From: an uncultured Clostridia bacterium
GTDB lineage: Bacteria; Bacillota; Clostridia; TANB77; CAG-508
Reading direction: 5' to 3'
DNA: 43,991 nt
NCBI GenBank assembly: GCA_947596225.1
Contig: CANQEX010000003.1
Coordinates: forward strand, 1-43,991
Shown: piece by piece, positions 10,346 to 19,625 of the stretch
Layout of the letters: each line of letters begins with the position of its first letter
How positions within the stretch are numbered: the stretch's first letter is position 1
Made by a program: the position numbers and the translations under genes
The notes under the pieces: model-generated
Databases searched by the model: none
Seen by the model: the letters and a program-made list of their open reading frames with translations, nothing else
Told to the model about the DNA's origin: nothing

Positions 10346-10681
10346 CTACATTTTTTCTTCTTTTTCTTCTTTTCTCTTTTTAGCATTATTTCTTAAATCT
10401 TTTTTTTCTGTAGGTCCTTCTTTTACTTTTAATAATGCTGGATTAGTTAGAATTGTTGAAAATGTTACACGAGGTCTTATTACTATTTTTTCACCATCAA
10501 AAATTAAGTTATTTTCATGCATACGATTATTATCAGGTGGCGAAAAGCAAAATCCAGCAATATTAAAACTTCCATATCCAGCTAATTTTAATTTATCTGC
10601 AAATTTACGATCACTACTTTCCTTCTTCATCTCTAGTTGCTTTTTTTGACTACTTTCAGTTGAATTTGTAGTTTCATTCAT
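10346..10681 (-). CDS. Hypothetical protein (111 aa)
   Basis: ORF with AAAGGAG RBS, co-oriented upstream of the virD4-like gene. Confidence 0.7.
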   Translation of the reverse strand: MNETTNSTESSQKKQLEMKKESSDRKFADKLKLAGYGSFNIAGFCFSPPDNNRMHENNLIFDGEKIVIRPRVTFSTILTNPALLKVKEGPTEKKDLRNNAKKRKEEKEEKM

Positions 10682-10705
10682 ACTAATATTTCTCCTTTCA
10701 GAAAT

Positions 10706-11233
10706 CTAATCTTTTATTTCTTTAATTTCAAATGCAAAATATTTTTTATAAGGTTTTAATTTACATTTTCCTTTAACTTCATTTGTTTCTTCATCAAAAT
10801 ATAAAATTGGTTTTATTTCTTCTCCATTTTCTGGATCTATTATTGAAATTGATCTTTGCATATTTGGAGTATATGCAAATTCTTTAAACTCAAATTCTTC
10901 TTCATTATATATAGTTTTATATTTTATAGGCATTGGTTTTTTAGATATTCTAATTACATTATAATCTAAAAAGCCCATATTTATTATTACCTTTTGTGTT
11001 GAGCAAGACAATATTAAAAGTAGGTTTCCTTCAGGAGCAGGATTCTTCACAAAAAATGTTTTTTTCTTTTTTTCTCCTATTATTTCTTCGGAATATTCTA
11101 ATCTTTCTACTGTGTATTTAGGCGCATTTTTTACAAATTCTCTCCCTGTTTTGTTTACTTGATAAATTACTGTACTAATATTTATGGGATCTGTTATTAT
11201 AAAATACTTTCCTTGTAAGTTATCTCCAACCAT
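10706..11233 (-). CDS. Hypothetical protein (about 175 aa)
   Basis: AAGGAG RBS favours ATG 11233 (MVGDNLQ). Confidence 0.7.
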   Translation of the reverse strand: MVGDNLQGKYFIITDPINISTVIYQVNKTGREFVKNAPKYTVERLEYSEEIIGEKKKKTFFVKNPAPEGNLLLILSCSTQKVIINMGFLDYNVIRISKKPMPIKYKTIYNEEEFEFKEFAYTPNMQRSISIIDPENGEEIKPILYFDEETNEVKGKCKLKPYKKYFAFEIKEIKD

Positions 11234-11338
11234 TTTTAACACTCCTTTTAATTTCTTACAATATAACTTTTTCATTTGTTTTAATACATTTTTTATTATA
11301 TCTCACAGCATTTTAAAAGTCAATTACTTTATTGTATA

Positions 11339-12232
11339 TTAACTTTCCCTAGGATTAAAAGTAGACATTTTATTTAATTTTTTAAATAATTCTAATTCTT
11401 TTTCAGTAGGTTTTTTAGGAATCATTATTTTTGTATCCAATATAAGTTTTCCTCTTCCACCTTTTCCATCTTTATATCCTTTATCTTCTATTTCAATTTT
11501 TTCTCCACTTTGAATTCCTGCTGGAACATAAACAGAAACATCTTCATTTATACCATTTATTGTTACTTTTGTACTAAGTGCAGCTTCCCAAGGTGTTAAA
11601 TATAAATTTGTTCTTAAATCATATCCTTGAAGTTTAAATTTATCATCATCTTTTATTTTTACTCTTATAAATAAATCCCCATTTTTACCACCAGATTTTC
11701 CTGGTTTACCTTGACCTACAATTCTAATTTTTTCATTATTTTGTATTCCTGCTGGAATTTGAACTTTAAACTTTTTAAGTTTTCCTTCAAGAGTTCTTAC
11801 TCCTATAGTTTGTTCATTTCCTCTAAAGGCATCTTCTATAGAAATATTTAATTCTGTTTCAATATTTTCACCTTTACTTGGCACTTTCTTTTTTTCTTTT
11901 TTAGAAATTTCTTTTCCATCTATATTACCAAAAAACATATTAAAAAAATCACTTGAAAGAGAATCTTTACTTCTTTTGCTTTCTTCATAAGACGAATTCT
12001 TTTTTCCAACATTACGATACCACATTCTATCATATTTTCTTTTTGCAAGAGAATCAGAAAGAACACGATATGCTTCATTTATATCTTTAAATCTTTCTTC
12101 ATTATTTGTATTTGCAATATTTACATCAGGATGATATTTTTTTGCTTGTTCTCTATAAGCTGTTTTTATTTGTGACATACTTACTTTATTATTTGGTAAA
12201 TCTAAAATTTTGTAATAATCTTTAAATATCAT
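11339..12232 (-). CDS. cbpA: CbpA/DnaJ class II co-chaperone
   Basis: J-domain with KYHPD; DnaJ C-terminal domain; no CxxCxGxG zinc finger. Confidence 0.85.
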   Translation of the reverse strand: MIFKDYYKILDLPNNKVSMSQIKTAYREQAKKYHPDVNIANTNNEERFKDINEAYRVLSDSLAKRKYDRMWYRNVGKKNSSYEESKRSKDSLSSDFFNMFFGNIDGKEISKKEKKKVPSKGENIETELNISIEDAFRGNEQTIGVRTLEGKLKKFKVQIPAGIQNNEKIRIVGQGKPGKSGGKNGDLFIRVKIKDDDKFKLQGYDLRTNLYLTPWEAALSTKVTINGINEDVSVYVPAGIQSGEKIEIEDKGYKDGKGGRGKLILDTKIMIPKKPTEKELELFKKLNKMSTFNPRES

Positions 12233-12305
12233 TTCAACATCCCCCGAACTTTATTAGAATTCTTTTTGATTATATCATTTCAAAAAATATTTGTGAAGTT
12301 CTTTT

Positions 12306-13565
12306 TTAAACTTTATTACTTTTTATTCCTTTAGTTCCTTTTGTTCCACCTTGCATAGCAAGAATATTTTTATCATAAGAAAATGTCAATTTCTCTTTAT
12401 CTCTATATCTTTTTATAGCAATATCAATTATTTCATCTAACTCGGTTTCAAAGCTTTTTCCACTAGCTTCCCATAAATAATAAGACAATGCACCTGGTAT
12501 AGTATTAATTTCATTAACATATACTATATCTGTTTTTGTATCTATTAAAAAATCAACTCTTGCTACACCACTACAACCTAAAACTTTAAATACTTCTTTG
12601 GTTAAATTTTGAATTTTCTCTGCCTTTTCTTTACTAATATCTGCAGGTATTTTTTTATTTGTAAATTGATTATTTCCGCTTTTAGCTGAACTATTTTTCT
12701 CTCCAAATTTAATATTAGCTCCTTTTCCTCCACCTATAGTTCCACCTTTAGATTTTCCGTCACCTATATATTTATCTGCATAACTTAAAATTTCATCAGA
12801 AAAAAATGGTTCTTCACAAACTGAAGTTTCACTTTCTGTAGCATTTCCTATTATTGAACAATTAATTTCTTTTAAATTTTCAACTGCTTTTTCAACAATT
12901 ATTCTATCTGTAAATTCCATTGCAAATTCAATAGCTTCTTCTAGTTCTACTTTATTTTTAGCTTTTCTTATACCTACACTTGAACCTAAATTTCCTGGTT
13001 TTACTATAACAGGATATTCTAAAGAGTCTTCTATTTCATTTAATATTTTTTCTTCATCTTTTATGTATTCCATAGAATAAAAAGACACAAAATCAACTAC
13101 TGGCAACCCTGAATCTCTTAAAACTTTTTTTTGTAAAATTTTATCCATACCTAAACTTGATGCTACTATATCTGGCCCAACAAAAGGGATTCTTAATAAT
13201 GTTAAAAATCCAGCCATTGTTCCATCTTCACAATTCGTTCCATGTACTATTGGAAATGCAACATCTATTGTATTTATAACTCTTTTTCCTATCCAAGGAG
13301 CAGGAGTTCTAACAACTTTTACTCCTTTTCCATCATTTACAACAGAAACTTTATAACATCTTTTTAATAATACATCCATATCCTTAAAAGAATATAAATC
13401 TAATAAATCATCTCCTGTATACATTACTCCATTTTTAGCAATATATATAGGTACTACCTCATATTTTTCTGGATTTAAGCTAGAGATAGCTTGTGACATA
13501 GTTATAACAGAGATTTCATGTTCTACTGAATCTCCTCCAAAAAACACACCAACTTTTATTTTCAT
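12306..13565 (-). CDS. ddl: D-alanine--D-alanine ligase family ATP-grasp enzyme
   Basis: FGGDSVEHEIS, HGTNCEDG, MDK, VKP.NLGSSVG, SYADKY, ARVDF, NEINTIPG. Confidence 0.92.
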   Translation of the reverse strand: MKIKVGVFFGGDSVEHEISVITMSQAISSLNPEKYEVVPIYIAKNGVMYTGDDLLDLYSFKDMDVLLKRCYKVSVVNDGKGVKVVRTPAPWIGKRVINTIDVAFPIVHGTNCEDGTMAGFLTLLRIPFVGPDIVASSLGMDKILQKKVLRDSGLPVVDFVSFYSMEYIKDEEKILNEIEDSLEYPVIVKPGNLGSSVGIRKAKNKVELEEAIEFAMEFTDRIIVEKAVENLKEINCSIIGNATESETSVCEEPFFSDEILSYADKYIGDGKSKGGTIGGGKGANIKFGEKNSSAKSGNNQFTNKKIPADISKEKAEKIQNLTKEVFKVLGCSGVARVDFLIDTKTDIVYVNEINTIPGALSYYLWEASGKSFETELDEIIDIAIKRYRDKEKLTFSYDKNILAMQGGTKGTKGIKSNKV

Positions 13566-13600
13566 AATAAAATTCCTTCCTACATTATATAAATTTTATT

Positions 13601-15181
13601 TTACAGATAATTATCTGGTAAATCATTTTCCAATAAAACAACACTATCTTTTGTTATGATTTCATTCATTTTGCTAAGTGCTTCTTGTAAATTTTTTGCA
13701 ATAAAAATTTTTGATTCTGGATAATCTTTTTCTTTAATTCCATTATATATTGGAACAGCTTGATCTGCACCAACTAGTATAATAAAATCACTACTTTCAG
13801 CAGCATTCCTTCCAAGTTCTTGATTTATTTCTACTGATTTATCTCCTAATTCTACTATACCTGGTGTTATTAAAATTCTTTTTCTATGCTCAAAAGATTT
13901 TAATACTTCTAATGCCATTTTTGCACCTTTTATATTTGAATTATATGCATCATCTATTATTATGCTTCCATTTGGATTTTGTTTTAATTCTAATCTATGA
14001 GTAACAGGTCTTATATATTTTACTCCAAGTTTTATTTCATCTTCCGTAAGTCCTAATTTGTCAGCTATTGCAACTGCTCCTACTATATTTAAAATATTTA
14101 AGTTTCCAAGTAATTTTGTTTTTATTTTTATATTTTCTTTATTTGGAATAACCACTTCAAAACTAGAACCTCTTTCATTTATATCAATATTTGTAGCATA
14201 ATAATCTGCTTGTTCTGATAAACCAAATTTTACCATATTTTTAGTGATTTTAGAATTTCTAATATTTTCATCTTCCCAATTAACAAAAGCAATTCCTTCA
14301 TCTTCAGGAAGACTATCTATTAATTCTAATTTTGTTTTTTTAACATTATCTAAAGATTTAAAAGTATCTAAATGTTGAGGTCCAATAGCTGTTAATATTC
14401 CATAAGTTGGATTTACTATATCTGTTATTTCTTTTATATCACCAATATATTTTGCACCCATTTCACATATAAATAATTGATGCATAGAATTAAGTTTTTC
14501 GTTTATTGTTCTTACAACACCCATTGTAGTATTATAGCTTTCTGGTGTCATTAAAGTATTATATTTCTGAGAAAGTATAGTATTTACAATATACTTTGTA
14601 CTTGTTTTTCCATAACTTCCAGTGATTCCAATTACTTTAAGTTCTGGTACTTCTTTAAGTTTAGCTTTAGCTTTTTTACAAAATCCCCTTCTTATACTTT
14701 TTTCAATAGGCTTATTTATTAAACTAACAATATAAACAAAAACATAAGCAAACATTGTGCATATATTTGCAATAATTAATACTACTTTATAATTAGTCAA
14801 ATTTGCAAACATAAACAATATTGCAAATAATATTAAATATGTAGTATATACTCTTCTTATTCTAGCTGTTACAACAAAAGCCTTCTTTTCTTGTGGTTTT
14901 TTGAAACTAATTATTAAATATAATAAAACTAAAATTTCAAGTATTAACCAAGAAAAATTTGATATTTCTATAAAGTTTGACATTATTAATAATAAAGTAG
15001 GAACTAGTAAAAGTAATATTGTTTTTAAATTTACAACTTTATTTATATATCTTTTCATCCATACAATATATCTATCAACATAATAATTTTCTAACTGTAA
15101 TATATGTAAGCCATGTCTAGCAATTTTATAGAAATATACTAAAATTAGAATTAAAATAAAATTTACTAAAATAATTTCCAT
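13601..15181 (-). CDS. murF: MurF-family Mur ligase with N-terminal transmembrane region
   Basis: GITGSYGKTSTK, SYNTTMG, CEMGA, IDDAYNSN, ENDLPD; AAGGGG RBS before ATG 15181. Confidence 0.85.
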   Translation of the reverse strand: MEIILVNFILILILVYFYKIARHGLHILQLENYYVDRYIVWMKRYINKVVNLKTILLLLVPTLLLIMSNFIEISNFSWLILEILVLLYLIISFKKPQEKKAFVVTARIRRVYTTYLILFAILFMFANLTNYKVVLIIANICTMFAYVFVYIVSLINKPIEKSIRRGFCKKAKAKLKEVPELKVIGITGSYGKTSTKYIVNTILSQKYNTLMTPESYNTTMGVVRTINEKLNSMHQLFICEMGAKYIGDIKEITDIVNPTYGILTAIGPQHLDTFKSLDNVKKTKLELIDSLPEDEGIAFVNWEDENIRNSKITKNMVKFGLSEQADYYATNIDINERGSSFEVVIPNKENIKIKTKLLGNLNILNIVGAVAIADKLGLTEDEIKLGVKYIRPVTHRLELKQNPNGSIIIDDAYNSNIKGAKMALEVLKSFEHRKRILITPGIVELGDKSVEINQELGRNAAESSDFIILVGADQAVPIYNGIKEKDYPESKIFIAKNLQEALSKMNEIITKDSVVLLENDLPDNYL

Positions 15182-15194
15182 TAGTAATTCCCCT

Positions 15195-15962
15195 TTATAT
15201 ATCATTTTTAAAAAATTCATTTAATACGCTATTTACGTTATTTAAGTTTTCAAGATAAGAAAAATGCGAACTACCAGCGTATTCAATTAAACCACAGTCT
15301 GGTATTAATTTTTCCATTTTTCTTCCATCACTAATTGGAGTAGCTGTATCTAAACTTCCCCAAAATAGCAATGTTGGAACACTAATCTTTGGTAAAAGAT
15401 GACTTAAATCTTCATTTAATATATTTTTCATAGTTTCTTTTAATACATTCGCAGATTGTTTGTAATCACTTGAACCTACATTATTTCGTAACTTTTCTTT
15501 AAACGCTTTAACTGTTTTAGTATCTGGTAATAAATTTAAAATAAATTTTCCACATTTATAAAAACCTATTTTTAAATAATACTTTATACTTCTTTTCGGT
15601 TTTAATCCTGCACTATCAATTAAAACAACTTTTTTTGCTGAAACTATACCTCTTCCTACTGCATTAATAATCATTCTTCCTCCATTAGAATGACCAATTA
15701 ATATAGGATTTTCAATATTTAGCTTATCAATAAATTCTTTTAGAAAGTTTCCAAAATCATCAGTTTTTAGAGGGTGTTCTGGTAAATCACTTTTTCCAAA
15801 ACCTACAACATCCACTAAATAAACTTTAAAATTTCTACATAAATTGTTTGCAAGAGGTCTCATTGTTTCTAAGTTTGCAAGCCAACCATGAAGTAAAATT
15901 ATAGGCTTTCCTTCACCTAAAACTTCATAATTTATGTTCCAATCATTAATTCTAATTTGCAA
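15195..15962 (-). CDS. Alpha/beta hydrolase
   Basis: LHGW, GFGKS, GHSNGG nucleophile elbow, Asp (WGSLD) and His (SSHF); TTG start with AGGAGG RBS. Confidence 0.9.
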   Translation of the reverse strand: MQIRINDWNINYEVLGEGKPIILLHGWLANLETMRPLANNLCRNFKVYLVDVVGFGKSDLPEHPLKTDDFGNFLKEFIDKLNIENPILIGHSNGGRMIINAVGRGIVSAKKVVLIDSAGLKPKRSIKYYLKIGFYKCGKFILNLLPDTKTVKAFKEKLRNNVGSSDYKQSANVLKETMKNILNEDLSHLLPKISVPTLLFWGSLDTATPISDGRKMEKLIPDCGLIEYAGSSHFSYLENLNNVNSVLNEFFKNDI

Positions 15963-16118
15963 GTTTTTTATTTCCTCCTATATGTAATCCACAAAACCGT
16001 AACATTTTGTGGAAATTTTCTTACTATAATTTATTCAAATTAACAGTTTTTGTTACTTGCTATTATATTATAACAATATTGTTACATTTTCAATATTTTT
16101 ATAAGAATTATTTATATT

Positions 16119-17462
16119 TTAAACTGTTAATGTACCACCTGGCGTATCTAAAATAACCAATATATCTTCTTCTTTTCCTGTTTCAACATTTATATATACT
16201 AGAAATTCTTTATCTTGAACTTTTCCTTTAAATTCATAACAAAAAATTTCTGTTTTCCATTCAGTTGGTATTATAGCTAATTTTTCTGAATTAATTTGTA
16301 ATTTACTATTTAAACTTGCTCTTGCTTCATCAATAGAAACTTTAGGATTTTTATATTGTCTATTTGTATGTGAATTCAAATATCCTGATGTTTCAATTCC
16401 TAAAATTTCACCATTATCCAATGCAATTCTTACTTTTATTAAATCTGGATAAACTATTACTCCATTATCATTATAAGCATAATTTACTGTTACAACATTT
16501 GCTTGTTTTATAAAATATGTTTCCTGCATATTAGAAAAGCCTCTATCTGATAAATATTTTTTACCTATCTCATTTGCCTCTTCTTGACTCATTTTTTCTT
16601 CTTTTACTTCTCTATCTAAAGAAGTTTCAACAACATGTCCACCTTTTTTTGAAATCATAATACTATATTTTTCTTGTTTATCTTTTAATTTAACAGAAAA
16701 ATCATATGATGGAATATTTGCATTTTCAATAAATCCATTACTATCTATATTTTCTATATTATCATTACCAAAAAAATCTCTTACCTTATTTTTTGCTTGT
16801 TCTTCATCAATATCATTCCCTGTTAAACCTAATTTTTCTGTTTTATTAACATGATCTGAATAAGCACCATCATAAATTAATCCTTCATAATCATTTAAAT
16901 TTCCATCAATATTAGAAAATATATTTACATTATCAACTGATTGAGCAAATTGAGTGTTTCCATTTGTATTCAAACTTTCCCAATTTATTTCTCCACTGTA
17001 TAATTCATCTGATAGTTGATTTAATGTGTTTTCTAAGCTCACACTATAATTATATATTGATTCCAAATTTTGAAAATCCTCATCTGTTAATTGCTCACCA
17101 TTTATATTTTTTGTTGATAAGGAATAAGCATAATCACTAACTTGATTTAAAAATTTAGCCGTTTGTGATAATCCATCATCTTGTAGCGGAATTCTTGATA
17201 AATAAACCATTGCTAAATTTGAATCTCTCCAAACTTGTGTTAAGGTCTGAGCTGCATGTTCTGAGCTTTTTGATATCATAGATTTTGCTAAATAATTTTC
17301 TACACTATTTACATAATTTACTAAATTACTAAGTGCTTCTGTGTAATTATTATTATTCAAATTGTTATATTTTTCTCTTAAACTAAAAGCATAATATCCT
17401 GTTATAGCAGTAAGAACTAATAAAACTACTATACACGCAATTAAAAAATTCTTGTTATTCAT
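16119..17462 (-). CDS. ypeB: Spore germination protein YpeB (PepSY domains)
   Basis: N-terminal TM; KFLNQVSDY, LIYDGAYSDH, YPDLIKV, CYEFKG, VYINVETGKEE. Confidence 0.93.
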   Translation of the reverse strand: MNNKNFLIACIVVLLVLTAITGYYAFSLREKYNNLNNNNYTEALSNLVNYVNSVENYLAKSMISKSSEHAAQTLTQVWRDSNLAMVYLSRIPLQDDGLSQTAKFLNQVSDYAYSLSTKNINGEQLTDEDFQNLESIYNYSVSLENTLNQLSDELYSGEINWESLNTNGNTQFAQSVDNVNIFSNIDGNLNDYEGLIYDGAYSDHVNKTEKLGLTGNDIDEEQAKNKVRDFFGNDNIENIDSNGFIENANIPSYDFSVKLKDKQEKYSIMISKKGGHVVETSLDREVKEEKMSQEEANEIGKKYLSDRGFSNMQETYFIKQANVVTVNYAYNDNGVIVYPDLIKVRIALDNGEILGIETSGYLNSHTNRQYKNPKVSIDEARASLNSKLQINSEKLAIIPTEWKTEIFCYEFKGKVQDKEFLVYINVETGKEEDILVILDTPGGTLTV

Positions 17463-17536
17463 TTCTTCTCCTTTTCCATTTTTTTCTTATTATTTCCTTA
17501 ATTTTGATATTTATTCTCTATAACAGGTTGTATTTA

Positions 17537-17565
17537 TTGTTATTTTTTTATTTAAGTGATATAAT
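17537..17565 (+). promoter_or_regulatory. SigA-type promoter with extended -10
   Basis: TTGTTA-17 bp-TATAAT with TG-N. Confidence 0.55.
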
Positions 17566-17595
17566 TTTAAAAACAGATTTCGAAAGGAAAAAATC

Positions 17596-19146
17596 ATGAA
17601 AAAAATATTAATATTTTATGGTTCTTATGGTGGAGGTCATCTTTCAGCAGCCAAAACAATATCTTCTTATTTTGAAGAAAACTACAAAGAAGATATTCAA
17701 GTAGAAATTGTAGACTGTATAGAATACATAAACAAATACATAAATAAAGTATCTACAGAAGCCTATAAAGAACTTGCAAAAAAAGCACCTTGGGTTTGGA
17801 AACATGTATATAAAAATTCTCAAAATGGTCCTCTTTCTCAAATAAGTACTACTACAAATAAATTAATGTCTCATAAATTAAACTTACTTTTACAAGAGTT
17901 TAAACCAGATTTAATTATTTCAACACATCCTTTTGCTACTCAAATGTGTGCTATTCTTAAAAAAAGAAATAAAATAGACTGTAAATTAGCCACAATACTT
18001 ACAGATTATCATATTCATGCACAATGGTTGGTTTCTTATGAATATGTAGATTATTTCTTTGTTGCAAATGAACAAATGAAAAAAGATATGATTGCAGAAG
18101 GAGTATTTGATCAAAAAATTTTTGTAACAGGAATTCCAGTTTCTGAAAGATTTTTAGCTAATTTTAATAGAGAAAAAATATGTGAAGAATTTGAACTTTC
18201 TCCTAATAAAAAAACTATTTTATTTTTTGCTGGTGGTGAATTTGGTTTAGGTAGAAATAATACTTTTATGGTTTTAAAAGTGTTAATTAGATTATTTAAA
18301 GATTTACAAGTTGTAGCAATTTCTGGAAAAAACAAAAAAATGTATACACAATTTAATGAGCTAGTTCAAAATACAAATTCTGAAGACCGTATAAAAATTT
18401 TAGAATATACAGACAAGGTCCCAGAACTAATGCATATTTCAGAATGTGTTATAACTAAAGCAGGTGGTCTTACAATAACTGAATGTTTAGCTTCAAATCT
18501 TCCTATAATTATAATAAATCCTATACCTGGTCAAGAAGAAGAAAATGCTGAATTTCTAGTAAATAATGATGTTGCTTATTGGATAAAAAAAGGAGATAGT
18601 ATTGCAAGAATTTTAAAAAATCTTACAAAAAATCCTGAAACTCTTACACTTATGAAAGAAAATTCAAAAGTATTATCTAAACCAAATGCAACTGAAGATA
18701 TATGTAAAATACTTGTTAATGAATTTGAAGAATTAAATAATATTCCTAATAAAATAATTGTTAGTTCTCTTATAAAATGTAATAACAAATATTTATTTAT
18801 AAAACAAAATAAAATAGGAGGTGCTTATCCTAATACTTTACATTTAGTAGGTGGCGGATTAGAAATTAATGAAACTCCTGAAGAAGCAATAAAAAGAGAA
18901 ATTATGGAAGAAGTAAATATAAAAGTTGAAAGTGTAACTCCTTTTGACTTTGATAGCGATATTATAATGTATAAAGGCAAAAAAACACAAATGATATTTC
19001 TAAGATATGTTACTGAAGTTAAAAACTTTGATGCTAAACCATCTTCTGATGCTAAAGAAATATTATGGCTTTCAAAAGAAGAATTGTTAAATTATAATCA
19101 TAATGAACCATCATTAAGATTTTTGAAAAAATTAGATTTAATATAA
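17596..19146 (+). CDS. UgtP/MGDG-synthase-like glycosyltransferase fused to a C-terminal Nudix hydrolase
   Basis: GGGHLSAA, ISTHPF, TDY, TGIPV, TKAGGLTITE, PGQEEENA; Nudix box GGGLEINETPEEAIKREIMEEVNI. Confidence 0.88.
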   Translation: MKKILIFYGSYGGGHLSAAKTISSYFEENYKEDIQVEIVDCIEYINKYINKVSTEAYKELAKKAPWVWKHVYKNSQNGPLSQISTTTNKLMSHKLNLLLQEFKPDLIISTHPFATQMCAILKKRNKIDCKLATILTDYHIHAQWLVSYEYVDYFFVANEQMKKDMIAEGVFDQKIFVTGIPVSERFLANFNREKICEEFELSPNKKTILFFAGGEFGLGRNNTFMVLKVLIRLFKDLQVVAISGKNKKMYTQFNELVQNTNSEDRIKILEYTDKVPELMHISECVITKAGGLTITECLASNLPIIIINPIPGQEEENAEFLVNNDVAYWIKKGDSIARILKNLTKNPETLTLMKENSKVLSKPNATEDICKILVNEFEELNNIPNKIIVSSLIKCNNKYLFIKQNKIGGAYPNTLHLVGGGLEINETPEEAIKREIMEEVNIKVESVTPFDFDSDIIMYKGKKTQMIFLRYVTEVKNFDAKPSSDAKEILWLSKEELLNYNHNEPSLRFLKKLDLI

Positions 19147-19157
19147 TTTACATAAAT

Positions 19158-19186
19158 TTGACAAAGCTGTTTTTTTTATGTATACT
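19158..19186 (+). promoter_or_regulatory. Near-consensus SigA promoter
   Basis: TTGACA-17 bp-TATACT. Confidence 0.7.
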
Positions 19187-19229
19187 ATTATTAGCACTAT
19201 CAAACTTTAAATTAGAAAGGGGTTAAAAT

Positions 19230-19580
19230 ATGAACTACTATGTATTGCCTGTAACAGCTGAAAATATTATCAAAGAACCAGAAGATGGTGGTTGTATGCA
19301 CTTCATAGCAAAAGGGTTATTTTCTCGTATTCTTCGGATAAGACCTAGAGCTGTGAAATTTGTTGATAATAGCAAATTACCTACCTTTGCTGTTATATCA
19401 AAAAACGGCGGTTATATAAATTGTTTGTTTGTTTTTGCATACACTCATGGAAATCCAGCAATTTGTAGGGCTGATGGTTCATTGATTGTAAAAGACCATT
19501 GGACCAACATTAGTAAGTTAATCAGGGAAAACAGAAAAATTATTGAACAACTTTCTCCTGATAACTATGTTAAGTTTTAA
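19230..19580 (+). CDS. Hypothetical orphan protein (116 aa)
   Basis: AAAGGGG RBS; has its own promoter and terminator. Confidence 0.65.
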   Translation: MNYYVLPVTAENIIKEPEDGGCMHFIAKGLFSRILRIRPRAVKFVDNSKLPTFAVISKNGGYINCLFVFAYTHGNPAICRADGSLIVKDHWTNISKLIRENRKIIEQLSPDNYVKF

Positions 19581-19584
19581 TCCA

Positions 19585-19617
19585 GAAAGCCGATTGGAAT
19601 ACTTCCAATCGGCTTTC
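19585..19617. terminator. Bidirectional terminator
   Basis: Perfect 15-bp inverted repeat GAAAGCCGATTGGAA-tac-TTCCAATCGGCTTTC between convergent genes. Confidence 0.8.
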
Positions 19618-19625
19618 ATACTTTT

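Noticed and set aside
8268-11233. Integrative conjugative element
   Set aside because: No integrase, relaxase, VirB4, att repeats or compositional shift is visible.
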